Part shown: piece by piece, positions 12,546 through 26,455 of the stretch
How the letters are laid out: every line of letters begins with the position of its first letter
How positions within the stretch are numbered: the first letter of the stretch is position 1
NCBI RefSeq assembly: GCF_006345805.1
Contig: NW_021833066.1
Location: 1 to 64,000 of the forward strand
Length of the DNA stretch: 64,000 bases
From: Octopus sinensis
Taxonomy: Eukaryota
Reading direction: 5' to 3'
The notes under the pieces: generated by a model
Told to the model about the DNA's origin: nothing
Databases searched by the model: none
The model's input: only the letters and a program-made list of their open reading frames with translations
Made by a program: the position numbers and the translations under genes

Positions 12546-12976
12546 TCAGGATAAAGGGTGATTCTTATTTCACTGGTTTAGAAAACGTTTAGGTTTACAG
12601 ATTAATATTTATGTCCCTACAGCAAGTTACCTCCATTGCATTTTGTATCATCATACCACTTGCTGTATAGGTGCACCGTGTGCCACGTGTCAGATGTCAA
12701 AATGATCGTAGACTAAATTGAGAATGTTAGGTTTGACCTACCTTACTGCTCTATATCCAGAACAGATCGGCGTCGTTTCCGACGGACCGTTCCAGGCATT
12801 GGAAAGAATGTTGGTAGCAAGGATTTTCCTTCACTTTCTTAGGGATATGGGGATTCGGGAGCACCCACGATGACCCGTAAAGACCCTTGCTCAGTTCGCA
12901 CAGAGAAACTCACAAGCGATTTGACGGAATAAGCGAGCTAATATACAGTAGAAACATTTAACAATTATGAACGAAA

Positions 12977-13367
12977 GGCTGTGTGTTAAGTAGGATGCTT
13001 ACGAACCACATGGTTCCGGGTTCAGTCCCACTACGTGGCAGCTTGGGCAAGTGTCTTCTACTATAGCCTCGGGCCGACCAAAGCTTTGAGTGGATTTCGT
13101 AGACGGAAACTGAAAGAAGCACGTCGTATATATGTGTGTATTTGTGTGTGTATATGTTTGTGTGTCTGTGTTTGTTCCTCAGCATCGCTTGACAACCGAT
13201 GCTGGTGTGTTTATGTCCCCGTAACTTAGCGATTCGGCAAAAGATACCGATAGAATAAGTACTAGGCTTACAAAGAGTAAGTCCTGGGTTCGATTTGCTC
13301 GACTAAAGGCGGTGCTCCAGCATGACCACTGTCAAATGACTGAAATAAGTAAAAGAGTAAAAAAGTA
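12977..13367 (+). mobile_element. SINE family B
   Basis: Colinear with 11888-12255. Confidence 0.85.
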
Positions 13368-13411
13368 ATTATTTGTACAGGTTATTCAGCAAACGTTGCG
13401 GAATCCTAATC

Positions 13412-13754
13412 CATTGGTTCTCAACCGAGGCCGATATGACCCCTGGGGTTTCATGTAAAATATTTAGGGGTCCACGTAAGCAATGCAGTAAACTGGAGAT
13501 CTTCAATACTTTTTTTAAGGGTCCATGAGAAAGGTTATGTTTTAGATGTATTTATTGCAAAAAGACAAACATTAACGTTTCTTTCTAAAATGTTTTCCAG
13601 AGTTCAAAATATGTAAGTGAATGAGTAAAAAACAAAAGAGGAATTTTTAAAAAAAGTATGCATGAAACTAGTTTTTAAACACAAGTGTGGGAGCTTCTGA
13701 GACAGAATAATAAGCAAAGGGACCCATAGATAAAAGAATGGCTGAGAACCACTA
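13412..13754. mobile_element. hAT-type MITE
   Basis: TIRs CATTGGTTCTCAACC / GGCTGAGAACCACTA, and an 8-bp TSD TCCTAATC (13404-13411) / CCCTAATC (13755-13762). Confidence 0.85.
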
Positions 13755-14402
13755 CCCTAATCTGTCGTTTACGAAAGGAGAATCCTTTCATAATGAGAAT
13801 CTGCCATAACGATAGAGTTTTGTGGGTATTTGTGAACGAACTGGAAAACTCGTTAGAATGTCGGATAAAATGCTCCGTGGCATTTGTTACTATTTCATAC
13901 CATCTAAGTTCGAATACACACAAGATCACTTTGTCCTTCATCTTTCCTTGGGGCTGTGAATTCTAGACATACGACCATGAGGTATCATTAAAATGGAGGA
14001 AGGATAAGACCTGGGTGTACAGTCTGGAGGAAGAAGGCAACTGGCGTAGTTCTGAACATTTGATCTGGAGATGGTTTTGTGAACTCAGAGCAATACTGAG
14101 GATATTACTAACTCATGGGTGGTGGTCTTAAGTGATTTAAGGTGTCATTTTAATATGTCTGCATGTGTTTCTCTTTGTGTGTATATGTGTATGTGTCTGT
14201 GTCTGCGTGCGTGCGTGTGTGTGTTTGTGTGAGGGTGTAAAAACATGGTGTTTACATACATAATTAAAGTATCTAATATTCCAGAAATGTGTTGTTTGAT
14301 TAAATATAGAACCAATCCAGGGCGGTGGATCCGTGGTGTTCGTTCCAAATGGCTGTCTTTTGAGTTCAAACCCCACCAAGATAAATATTGTCTTACACTC
14401 TT

Positions 14403-14489
14403 GTCATCATCATCATCACCACCATCATGATCATCACCATCATCATCATCATCATTACCATCATCATCATCATCATCATCATCATTATC

Positions 14490-14521
<32 letters not shown>

Positions 14522-14562
14522 CAACATCACCATCACCATCATCATCGTCATCATCATCATCA
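14403..14562. repeat. (CAT/CAC)n microsatellite
   Basis: Direct reading; source of the poly-His/Ile/Met ORFs. Confidence 0.95.
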
Positions 14563-14574
14563 ACTTACCGAATA

Positions 14575-14805
14575 AATTCTTATGACTCATTAAGCCGATC
14601 ATCCGGTTCCCATGAGGTATAAGTAACCGAGATCTCAAGATTTCCCTTGAATGAGACGCCAGTCCGTCGCAAAGTTACTCATTTACAGTTCATTGGACTG
14701 TCGCAGCGTGAAATCAAGTGTTTTCTTCAACAACAGCCGGTCCGAGATTCGAACTCACGATCTCGTGAATATTAGTGCAAGACTCTAACCACTAGGCCAC
14801 CTGCC
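14575..14805 (-). mobile_element. tRNA-derived SINE family C
   Basis: Minus strand has A box GGTGGCCTAGTGGTTAGAG and B box GAGTTCGAATCTC. Related to 56477-56817. Confidence 0.7.
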
Positions 14806-15969
14806 ATCATTTTCTTCATTTGGGGGTCGATAGAATATTCTGTAAATCCAGCGTAGGGACCTAAAGGAACTGTAAGAATATTCAGCTTTACCTTTTATTC
14901 CTCGACAAATTATATTATTAGTGGGGTTGATTTCGTTGACTAACAGCCTCGTATCTTACAGGTAGTATATGTCAGTAAGTAACAGAGTCTCAGCAAAATT
15001 TACAGGACTTGTACCTAAATTAGAAATTACTATATTTGAAACGGTGAATCGGTGCAGTCAACAGAATGCTTTGCGGTATATCTTTCGGTACTGGCCATTG
15101 CATGTGATGTGAGAAGTGGTCTGCTTATAAAATATATGCCACATAAAATTTCCATAAATGCAGTTTGGAATATTTTTAATGTTGAGTAAAAGTGTCTTTG
15201 CATGAAAGATATGGTTGCCCTACATAGTTAGATTGCATGGATTATTATTCCTGTCTCATAATTTAGCTCTAGAATGTATACTTCGTTTAAGATGGTATGA
15301 TCTTGACTTATCCTATGATCAAATGCATGAAGAAAAGTTTTGCTTATGTCGTGGTTCTAAAAGGAATGCATGTGTGAATAACTCCTGCTTTAAATGGGTT
15401 TGAGGTCACACCTACGTAAGCATTGTCAGTGGTGATAACTAAACGTTGGTACACTAATATCTTTATCAACGAATTAGGTTTTATGAAGGAGAGTTTTGGT
15501 AGATCGGCAATTGACCGGGTTGGTCTTCTCTCGATTAATGGTTCTTAACCTTTCAGTTTAAAAGTGTTATGCTGAATTGGTCATAAATTTTACAGATCAA
15601 TATAATCCCACATCACTAGCATAATTATTTGACTCCGTATACACATACTTATCAGCTAGAGTGTTAGCGCATAACTCTTTCCGTAATCACATTCATATAA
15701 TATCTAACATTTTTCATTCAACAGCTAAACAATAGTTTTTCACCTTCCCCATTATTAACGGCTGTTAATCCATCAACGCTGACTCTGAGTTGATGTATAT
15801 GAACATTACAAGTTCTATTTTATTTCGTTTCCACTTTGAATTAGTTACCACTTTAACAAACTTCATTTACGTTGCTTTTTAACTTTATTCAAACTCGAAA
15901 ATCTCAAGAGTATTAACGAAACAGCTTATCCTGCAAATATATAAAAGTGTGTATGTATGTATATTTGTC

Positions 15970-16012
<43 letters not shown>

Positions 16013-16273
16013 AAAGTATGTGTATTTGTTGTATGCGTATGTACATGTATGTCTGTATAAATACAAATATCTATGCATGCCCGTACGTATGTATGTAAAT
16101 ATTATTGCGTAGACTGTAGTTTCAGTGTCCAAGATAAAATTGACATTTCATAAATCTATTGAGTTCTCTTTTATTGAAGTGGTAGTCGTATCCAAGACAT
16201 TGTACTGGTACTATAACAACCCACCACACATACAAATTCATTCATACATACATATTTATATATATATATACGT

Positions 16274-16323
16274 ATGGTGGTAGTGGTGGTGGTGGTAGCA
16301 GTAGTAGTAGTAGTAGTAGTAGT

Positions 16324-16364
<41 letters not shown>

Positions 16365-16660
16365 TAGTAGCAGTAGTAGTGGTAGTGGTGGTGGTGGTGG
16401 TGGTGGTGGTGGTGGTAGTAGTAGTGGTAGTGGTAGTAGTAGTATCGGTGAAGAAGAAGAAGAAGAAAAAGAAAAAGAAGAAGAAGAAGAAGAAAAAGAA
16501 GAAGAACGAAAAGAAGAAGAAAAAAAGAAGAAGAAGAAGAAGAAGAAGAAGAAGAAGAAGAAGAAGAAGAAGAAGAAGAAGAAGAAGAAGAAGAAGAAGA
16601 AGATGGAGAAGGAGAAGAAGAAGCGAATGAAGAAAATTTCGTAGTGAAGATGATGATGAT
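16274..16660. repeat. Compound trinucleotide array (GTA/GCA/GTG)n followed by (GAA)n
   Basis: Direct reading. Confidence 0.95.
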
Positions 16661-17039
16661 AAGGAATGGAGAAATGGAAGAACACAAGATTTTTCAATTC
16701 CAGTTGGTTGCATTCCTGATTTCACAGATCAGTGAAGAAATTAACCGATACCAGTGTATAAATATTCAACTCCTTCAGGCAGGAATTCTTGAGAATTACG
16801 GTAACAAGAAGACAGAAAATAAATATCCCTACCAAAATGAAAAACATAAAATATAAATATATACCAAACATCACCTAAAACGGTAAAAAAAAAAAAACAG
16901 GAGGAAAAGAAGAATTTTGAAAACACCAAAAGCCAAAAGGATTTCGAAGTATTGAAGCGGTATTTTGAAAAAGGTGGGTTTATAAACGTTTTTCCTTTTG
17001 GGGTTATTTTGGTTATTTTTGTGAGTGATTCTGTATGCG

Positions 17040-17131
17040 TGGTGTGTGTGAGAGAGAGAAAGAGAGAGAGAGAGAGAGTGAGGTGTGTGTGTCAGTGTGT
17101 GTGTGTGTATGTGTGTGTGCGTGTGTGAAAG

Positions 17132-17169
<38 letters not shown>

Positions 17170-17500
17170 TGTGTGGGAGAGAGAGAGTGTGTATGTGACA
17201 GTGTGTGTGTATGTGAAAGTGTGTGCATGTATTTGTGGGAGAGAGAGAGTGTATGTGACAGTGTGTGTGTGTTTGTTGTATGAGAGAAAGAGAGTGCATG
17301 CGTGAGAGAGTGTGTGTGTGTGTTTGAATGTATGCGTGTGAAAGTGTCTGCTTGTATGTGTGGGAGAGAGAGTGTGTGTGTGTATGAGAGAGAGAGTGAG
17401 TGTATGAGCGAGTGAGTGACAAAGAGTGTGTATGTGTGTGTGTGAGTGCACGCGAGCGTAGATCCGTGTGTGGGTTTGTGTGTGTGTGCGCGTACGTTTT
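17040..17500. repeat. Complex (GT/GA)n tract with ~50 bp internal duplications
   Basis: GGGAGAGAGAGAGTGT(GT)ATGTGACAGTGTGTGTGT recurs at about 17175 and 17237. Confidence 0.8.
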
Positions 17501-17854
17501 GTTCATGTTTCTTGTAGGTGTCTTCTTTTTCTCTTCTTTACGGTAGCAACATCTTTGAAACGAAATTAATATTCACACTAGATTATTTCCTGAATCTTGC
17601 ATGATTAACGAACTTTTTAGTTTGACAGTGTTTTGGAATTGACTTCGTTGAAATAGCAACCCTCATACTGTTTGGTTATGTAATGTATGTCTTGGCTACG
17701 ACTTTCAACTTTATAGAGTAGCGGGACACTGCTTCGCGAGTTCAAGGGTTTTGACGTGTGTAGAACCACCTCGTGGCCCCTATTGTTCTCATGTCCACTC
17801 AGACCCGGATTAGTAGCACTTGTCAAGGTCCCAGCTGTGGTCTACTTAATATTA

Positions 17855-18246
17855 TTTCTACTTGTTTCAGTTATTTGACTGCCACCATGCTGGAGCACCG
17901 CCTTTAATCGAAACAAATCGACCCCGGGACATATTGCTTGTAAGCCTAGCACTTGCGAACCGCTAACTTGCCGAACCACTATGTTGCGGGAACGTAAGCC
18001 CATTGACATCCGTTGTCAAGCGATGTTGGGGGGGGGGGACAAAAACAGACACACACACGCACACGCGCACATATATAAAACAAAATGAGATAGAAAGAGA
18101 AGGGTGTGAGGAGTTTACAAGACATTTATAAGGAAACAGATATAGAGATAGTCTTACAGCTGTTTCTGGGATATTATGGATATTTCTTCATCGGAGCACT
18201 TACTTAGCGTTACCTGCCACTCTTTGGGTCTTCAAGATACCAATAC

Positions 18247-18305
<59 letters not shown>

Positions 18306-18495
18306 GGGATGTATGTTGCATGTATGTATGTATGAGGGGCTTCTTTAAGTTTCCGTGTACCGAATCCAGTTACAGGGCTTTGGTTGGCCTTAGGTTATCA
18401 TAGGGGACAACTGTCAAGGGTACCACGCAGTGGGACTGAATCTGGAACCATGTAGTTGGGAATCAAGCTTCTTATGACATAGCTACTCCTGCACC
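17855..18495 (-). mobile_element. SINE family B interrupted by an insertion in its internal microsatellite
   Basis: Tail half at 17855-18075 and head half at 18335-18495, both reverse-complemented; unrelated sequence at about 18085-18245. Confidence 0.7.
18151..18197 (-). ncRNA. Degenerate hammerhead-like motif
   Basis: Minus: GCTC CGATGA AGAAATATCCATAATATCCCA GAAA C AGCT GTA AGAC. Palindromic stem III and GUA site are intact; U4 of the core and stems I/II are mutated. Confidence 0.5.
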
Positions 18496-18689
18496 CGTGT
18501 AAATACAACCCGCCGGTAGTGAGGGACCCCTCGTTATTGTCACAGCATACCTCTAGGAGAGGAACACTTACGTAAGCCCTGCGGTTTCCCGTGATCGTGA
18601 GCCGGCCTTCTCGCTTCGTCCTGTTACTAAATAATAATGACGGACACCCAGAGAGTGGTACTTACGTTGCATCACTGTAATCCGATGAA

Positions 18690-18890
18690 GTCCATATCGC
18701 TTTATGGTCACCTTATTTGTCATTCGGAGTTACATCTACCGAACGTCTTCTGGGGATTGAAGAATGGCGACGTATACAAACTTAACCAGTTGGAAACGCA
18801 CAGCTACAAAGCAGCGGGATTGAATGTTCATCTGAGAGGTCACAGATGGAAAGTCAGAAACATCATTGGCCAGGAGGAAGTACAATGAGA
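18690..18890 (+). mobile_element. Possible decayed RTE LINE 3' fragment
   Basis: SLYGHLICH resembles the RTE C-terminal (R/Q)LYGHL motif; otherwise weak. Confidence 0.3.
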
Positions 18891-18934
18891 GAGCAATCAT
18901 CTGAGAAGTTGGAGTAATCATCACGTATGTCTAA

Positions 18935-19020
18935 TATGTACGTATATACTATATGTATATACTATATGTACGTATATACTATATGTACGTATATACTATA
19001 TGTACGTATATACTATATGT
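18935..19020. repeat. 17-bp minisatellite (TATGTACGTATATACTA) x ~5
   Basis: Direct reading; one unit has a 4-bp deletion. Confidence 0.85.
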
Positions 19021-19643
19021 ATATATGCATTTTGTGTGTAGGTTTGTATGTATCGTGTGTATGTAAGTAGGTATGTATGTACCATATCTATGTTTGTATG
19101 ATATTATGTATGTTATGTAAGTATCAGTTGTCGTACGTATACATATACGTAAGCGTGTCTGTATCATATTTATGTTATGCATGTATGGTACTATAGATGT
19201 ATATGTATGTATGTATTTTTTTAAGAATGTTTTAGAGATTTTCACTGTCCTCGAAATCATCATCACCTTTAGCATACGAATAATAGGGATACGTTCTATG
19301 TGTAAAATTTCACTTCCGCCAAACTTCAGTCCGAGCGGATTTGCTTGGAAATACTGGAGTCGATTTGTTCGGCTGAGCTCTTCAAAGCGGTGCTCAAGCC
19401 TGACCGCAGTCTAATGACTAAAATAAGTAAAAAACAAAGAACTTGAATCAATTTGCGAATCGAATCTTATTGGATTCCCATCAAATTTGACCGATTTGTT
19501 TATTATATACTCGACAAATATAGCAGCTACAGGAAATTGCAGCAACTAATTTGCATACCAGAAGTATTAACACTTTGTTTTAAATATCAGCAACCTCTCA
19601 ACGAACATCTCACTCCAAGCACTATCAAAGTATGATATATGTA

Positions 19644-19776
<133 letters not shown>

Positions 19777-19815
19777 TCATGCATATATATATATACATAC
19801 AGAAGAAAGAGATAG

Positions 19816-19860
<45 letters not shown>

Positions 19861-20096
19861 TGCACGCCCTATTCCTTTAAAGCTGGAAAACACTTCACAA
19901 ACTTAGTTTTTTCCTGCTTTAATAAAAGAGTAACTTACTTTAACTTTGGTATTCAAGTACTCTTCTTTCCATTTTGTTTTGCACATATATGCCTGTGTAC
20001 GCGTGCTTGTGTGTATAGATAGATAAATAGATATATAGACAGACAGACAGACAAAGAGACAGACAGACAGACAAACAAACAGACAGACAGACAGAC

Positions 20097-20166
<70 letters not shown>

Positions 20167-20494
20167 AAGTGTAGAATGCATCATGAGGGAATAACTATTA
20201 GAAGCCTTGCTTCAGAGTAAGTCCCCTGTCGTGCGTCCGTAAAGCACATTCACTACTTATGGCTACTAGGCATCATCAATGATACTTTGGATCAAATTCC
20301 AGGAATTTCAAGGTGCACGGAAGGTACATATTAAAGATTAATAGAGTAGACGGAGTGTAACAAAAAGTAATTTATTGTCACAACAGTTGTTTCGTCTTCA
20401 TGACGTTCTGCTTCCACGTGGGCGTGGAACGATGCAAGAACACCAGATGCAACGCACAGTGCAAAGAAGCCTGCTCAGATATATAATATCTTTT

Positions 20495-20655
20495 TAAATG
20501 CCGAGTACATTATTTACTTTATTTACATTTGAGAGATATTTAACCTCATCTTGTTTGTTGTTAACACAATGTTTCGGCTGATATACCCTCCAGCCTTCTT
20601 CAGGTATCTTGGGGAAATTTCGAACCTGGGTTCTCATTCCTAAGGTATTTTTCGA

Positions 20656-20657
<2 letters not shown>
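20495..20657 (-). repeat. Short repeat Z with a minimal hammerhead core (20563-20608)
   Basis: Minus: GATAC CTGAAGA A GGCTG GAGGGTATAT CAGCC GAAAC ATT GTGTT. Homologous to 22470-22630. Confidence 0.7.
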
Positions 20658-20726
<69 letters not shown>

Positions 20727-20755
20727 CATCATTATTATTATCATCATTATTATTA

Positions 20756-20837
<82 letters not shown>

Positions 20838-20842
20838 CATCA

Positions 20843-20900
<58 letters not shown>

Positions 20901-20951
20901 AGTCTACTAACCCCAAGACTGCGTTCAATTCCAAGCAGTGACCTGAATGAA

Positions 20952-21076
<125 letters not shown>

Positions 21077-21149
21077 AGATGATAATAATAATAATAATAA
21101 TAATAATTACAACAACAACAACAACAACCGCATCAATAATAATAATATT

Positions 21150-21703
21150 AAATGTCCTGATGCAGTACCAGACAGTGGCTCTCATGGCTTCCTATCTTAG
21201 CTAATTGGAAATATCATGTACATTGTTTTGTCTTGGTATAAAAGATGGGCTACAGTAAATATTCTGCTCAATACCACAGATTTGCTTGTCAGTTGTTTGA
21301 CCTTAACCAGTTGACCATGTCCCTTAGTGGCTGACGATATGTGCATCTCTGATCAGGAGCAGATGCAGTAGGGGAGCATCATAGCCGTGTGTTGACAGGG
21401 ATTTTGGGAGTTTTAATAATTCACTTTTGGAAACATGGGTAGTTTGTTCAACATCCTTAAACAATCCTTATTCAGGGACCTTTTGAGCAGGATGGGCTAC
21501 TCGACCTCAAGAAAATTCTAACTGGGCCCCACCTGCAAGGTCATGTGCTGTTTATCTTAATATGAGATCTCCGTGTCGCGCACATATGGTTGTGATGCAT
21601 GTGCTTGGTGTACCCTTATCAGACGGGTAGTCATGATGGGTATACTGGGCTTCGTGTATTTTACCCCAGTGTCACTTTGATGGCATGCACTGCTCTCTCA
21701 CTC
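21150..21703 (+). mobile_element. ~555 bp non-coding interspersed element embedded in (AAT)n (copy 1; strand label is arbitrary)
   Basis: Starts AAATG(T/C)CCTGATGCAGTACCAG and ends GCACTGCTCTCTCACTC. High similarity to 25797-26359 and 31738-32295; (AAT)n on both sides. Confidence 0.9.
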
Positions 21704-21704
21704 A

Positions 21705-21810
<106 letters not shown>

Positions 21811-21811
21811 T

Positions 21812-22070
21812 AAGCAATTGTGGTCGAGGAAAAAGGTAGTAGTAGTACCAATAATTGTCGGAGTCCTGGGAATGGTGAGTAAAAATCTCGAGAAGTACGT
21901 GGAACAAATAGGGGCTGCAATAACGGTGGAACACTTACAGAAAACAGCAGCGCTTGGATCCGCTCGAATTCTCCGAAAGGTGCTCGGAAAATAAGAAGTG
22001 TTACCTTAGTTCACTGGTAGTGAACAGCTGACACTCTAGTACACCTCCAGCGTTAGAAGCTGTTCAAAAG
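21812..22070 (+). mobile_element. 3' fragment of an R4/Dong-like (RLE) non-LTR retrotransposon
   Basis: KQLWSRKKVVVVPIIVGVLGMVSKNLEKY...LQKTAALGSARILRKVLGK* (stop 21994), short 3' UTR, (AAT)n on both sides. Confidence 0.85.
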
Positions 22071-22071
22071 A

Positions 22072-22135
<64 letters not shown>

Positions 22136-22368
22136 GAACAAACTATTGAGTTTGGTTTAACGGCCTACCAATATATACTATGAGTTTCTTTGCCCTAGGA
22201 GTCGGGAAGACGCTCAGCAAGAAATGAAAGCAAATTTGAAAGAAGAAGAAAAAAAACAAAATAATAATAATAATATTAATAATAATAATAATAATAATAT
22301 AATAATATATATATAATAATAATAATAATATAATAATAATTATAATTATAAATAATAATATAATAATA

Positions 22369-22442
<74 letters not shown>

Positions 22443-22469
22443 TTAATAGTAATAATAGCAACAACAACA

Positions 22470-22630
22470 TCGAAAAATACCTTAGGAATGAGAAGACACC
22501 TGATGAAGGCTGGAGGGTATATCAGCCGAAACGTTCAGTTAAAAATAAACAAGATGAGGACAAATATCCGTCACATGTAAATAATGTAAATTATGTACTT
22601 AATTTCTCATCTCTTAAATATAGAGCTGTA
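22470..22630 (+). repeat. Short repeat Z with a minimal hammerhead core (22495-22540)
   Basis: GACAC CTGATGA A GGCTG GAGGGTATAT CAGCC GAAAC GTT CAGTT. Confidence 0.7.
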
Positions 22631-22889
22631 TTAAATGCGGAGGTTTACATTTCAATTTTGTTGTATTGAGATATTCTGTCATTTCGAGGGGATGTGTTTT
22701 TTTTTTAAAACATATCCACCCGAACTGTAGCGAAACTGAAATGTAAACCTCCGCATTTACAAGCATATTATACACATGAGGTGTCTTCTTTGCACTGTGT
22801 GTTGCATCTGATATTGCGTCGTTCCACGCCCACTATGATGTGACAATAAATGGCTTTTTGGTACACTCCGTCTTCTCCATTAATCTTTA

Positions 22890-23164
<275 letters not shown>

Positions 23165-23514
23165 AATGTAGAAGGCATCATGGGGGAATAACTATTAGAA
23201 CGAATAAAAACACTTGAGGAATTCAGATAAGATAATTCATCATTTATACTGAAGATTGTGTGCAGAGATAGAGAAGAATGAAGATGTGACTCGAAGAAAA
23301 AGGAGAGAGCAACGAGTGGTAGGGGAGGTAATAGAAGAGAGAGAGAGAGAGAGCATAAAAGGTATATAGAAAAAAGTGTGCGAAGATGCAGAGAGAGTAA
23401 AAGAAGTGAATAGCTTATAAAGTTTGAAGGAAGACAGCGACAAAAGTGAGGTAAGGACAAAAAATTATCAAGACTTTGATTGGTGGAAATTAATGATAGA
23501 TAATAATGATGATG

Positions 23515-23587
23515 AAGAGAAAGAGAGAGAGAGAGAGAGAGGAAGAAATAGAGAGAAAGACATAAAGAAAGAAAGAAATAGAGAGAT

Positions 23588-23636
<49 letters not shown>

Positions 23637-23802
23637 AAGAAAGAACAAAGCAAGAAAGAAAGAGAGAAAAAAGAACAAAGAAAGGAAGAAAGAAAGAGAA
23701 AGAAAAAGAGCAAGAAGGAAAGAAAGAAAGAAAAAATGAAGGAAAGAAATAGAGAGAAAGTAAGAGAGAAAAAAAGAACAAAGAAAGAAAGAACGAAAGA
23801 AA

Positions 23803-23833
<31 letters not shown>

Positions 23834-24000
23834 ATAAAGGAAGAAAAAAGGACAAGAAAGAAAGAAAGAAAGGACAAAGAAAGAAGAAAGAAACAAAGAA
23901 ACAGAGAAATAAAGAAAGAAAGGAAGGAAGGAAGGAAGGAAGGAAGAAAAAGAAAGAAAGAAAGAAAGGAAGAAAAAAAACGAAGGGAAGAAAAAAGAAA
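23515..24000. repeat. (GA)n/(GAAA)n polypurine tract
   Basis: Direct reading; source of the F/S/L-rich and K/E/R-rich ORFs. Confidence 0.95.
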
Positions 24001-24073
24001 GGGTGTGATACAAAGTCCGAGAATGAAGTAGAGAATTTGTGAGGAAGAGGAGGAATCAGAGAATAGAGAGTTA

Positions 24074-24491
24074 AGGTGGTGGGTGCTGGCAGAAACGTTA
24101 GCACGCCGGGCGAAATGCTTTGCGGTATTTCATCTGCCGCTACGTTCTGAGTTCAAATTCCGCCGAGGTCGACTTTGCCTTTCATCCTTTCGGGGTCGAT
24201 TAAATAAGTACCAGTTACGGAGTGGGGTCGATATAATCGACTTAATCCGTTTGTCTGCCGTTGTTTGTCCTCTTTGTGTTTAGCCCTTTTTGGGTAGTAA
24301 AGAAATAGGTATTTCATCTGTCTTTACGTTCTGAGTTCAAATTCCGCCGAGGTTGACTTTGCCTTTCGTCCTTTCGGGGTCGATAAATTAACTACCACTT
24401 ACGCACTGTGATCGACGTAATCGACTTAATCCGTTTGTCTGTCCTTGTTTGTCCCCTCTATGTTTAGTCCCCTATGAGCAATAAAGAAATA
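24074..24491 (+). mobile_element. SINE family A dimer with Tx1-like tails
   Basis: A box TGGCAGAAACGTTAG, B box GAGTTCAAATTCC, core GGTCGACTTTGCCTTTCATCCTTTCGGGGTCGAT. Tail ends (G/A)TAAAGAAATA; a second, head-truncated unit starts at about 24310. Confidence 0.9.
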
Positions 24492-25726
24492 ATCAAATAG
24501 AGAGTTAATGAGTGACAGACAAAAGAAATATTGTGAAAACCGGAGAGCGAGAGAGAGGGAGAGTGAGAGTATAATAGTAAGGGATATAAAGAGAAAGAGA
24601 GAGAATGAGAATTTGTGAATGTGTGTGTGTGTGTGTGAGTGTGTATGTGTGTGTGTAAAGGAGGAGGTGTGGTGGAGCTAAAATGGACGGTGCAGAGTGA
24701 AAAGTAATAAGTGTGAGAGAGTGAGAGAGTTATTGAAGGAATAAGAAAGAAATTGAGTGTTAGAGAGAGAGAGAGGGGGAGAGAGAGAGAGAGAGCATGA
24801 GAGGAACATTGAGAGATTAAGACAGAAATTTAGGAAAGAAAGACGAAATAGACAAAGAAATAGAGAGAGGGGTAGGACAGTATAACAGTGAGAGAGATGG
24901 GTAGAGGGAGAGGGAGAAGTAGGTACAACGTGGTGGGAGGAAATTTATATCATGAATGAAATATAAGACAAAGTGAGAAAAATTGGAAGCGAGACAGACT
25001 GTCAAGTAGACAATGAAAAAGAGACAGAGGGAAACGTGCTTGTATATAGTAATATAAATATATAAAGAGTGATGGTGTTATGGAGGATGCCCAGATTAAA
25101 AGAGAAAAGAAAGAAAGGAATATAAGACGAGGAAGACAGACAAATAGATAGACAGATAGACAAAGAGAGAGTAATTTGCGATAAAAGAAACATAAAAATA
25201 TAATTAGAGAATTTGAGGTCGAAAATAATAGAAGAAGAAAGAAAATTAGAGGGAAAATATAAAGAGAGATGAAAAGAGAATAAGGCAGACAGATGGAAAG
25301 ATAGACATAACAACAAAAAAAAAGAGAGAGAAGAGAAAGGGGAGTGAATTTCTATAACAAAAGATCTTTCCAAATAAAATAGAGTGTATAGTGATTAAAA
25401 GGAAGTGGAAGTGCAACACGTAGTGACAGATCGCTGACCTTTTCAGTGGTTATCTGTTCTCAGACCAGAAAGTGTCAACTTTTCAATATAATAACCAAGA
25501 AAATAAATATGATTGCAACGATCAGACACTGGCCAAAAATATTAGACATGCTTCATTGATAACAATTTGATAATGATTATTTTTGATGAATTTATTTTAA
25601 AACGTTGCAGCAATTATAGACTGTTACACTTAGTGGCGTTATTGTTTGTGCTGCTGCTGCTGTTGTTGTTGTTGTTGTTGTCGTCAATGTAATCATTGTC
25701 AGTAATAGCTATAGATTATCTTTCAA

Positions 25727-25757
<31 letters not shown>

Positions 25758-25765
25758 TATTATTA

Positions 25766-25796
<31 letters not shown>

Positions 25797-26356
25797 GAGT
25801 GGGAGAGCGGTGCATGCCATCAAAGTGACACTGGGGTAAAATACACGAAGCCCAGTATACCCATCATGACTACCCGTCTGATAAGGGTACACCAGGTACA
25901 TGCATCACAACCATATGTGCGCGACATGGAGATGAGATCTCATATCAAGATAAACAGCACATGACCTTGCAGGTGGGGCTCAGTTAGAATTTTCTTTAGG
26001 TCGAGTAACCCATCCCACTCGAAAGGTCCCTGAATGAAGGTTGTTTAAGGATGTTGAACGAAACACCCATGTTTCCAGAGGTGAATTATTCAAACCCCAA
26101 AGAATCCCTCTCAACACACGGCTATGATGCTCCCCTACTACTCCTGCTCGTGATCAGAGATGCACATATCGTCAGCCACTAAGGGACATGCTCAACTGGT
26201 TGAGGTCAAACAACTGACAAGCAAATCTGTGGTATTGAGCAGAATATTTGCTGTAGCCCATCTTTTATACAAAGACAAAACAATGTACATGATAACACTT
26301 CCAATCAGTTAAGATCAGAAGACATGAGAGCCACTGCCTGGTACTGCATCAGGGCA

Positions 26357-26359
<3 letters not shown>
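25797..26359 (-). mobile_element. ~555 bp non-coding element in (AAT)n (copy 2)
   Basis: Reverse complement of 21150-21703; (ATT)n on both sides on the plus strand. Confidence 0.9.
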
Positions 26360-26449
<90 letters not shown>

Positions 26450-26455
26450 TATTAA

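Noticed and set aside
18935-19020. Regular short repeats as a possible CRISPR array
   Set aside because: There are no unique spacers and the context is eukaryotic; this is a minisatellite.
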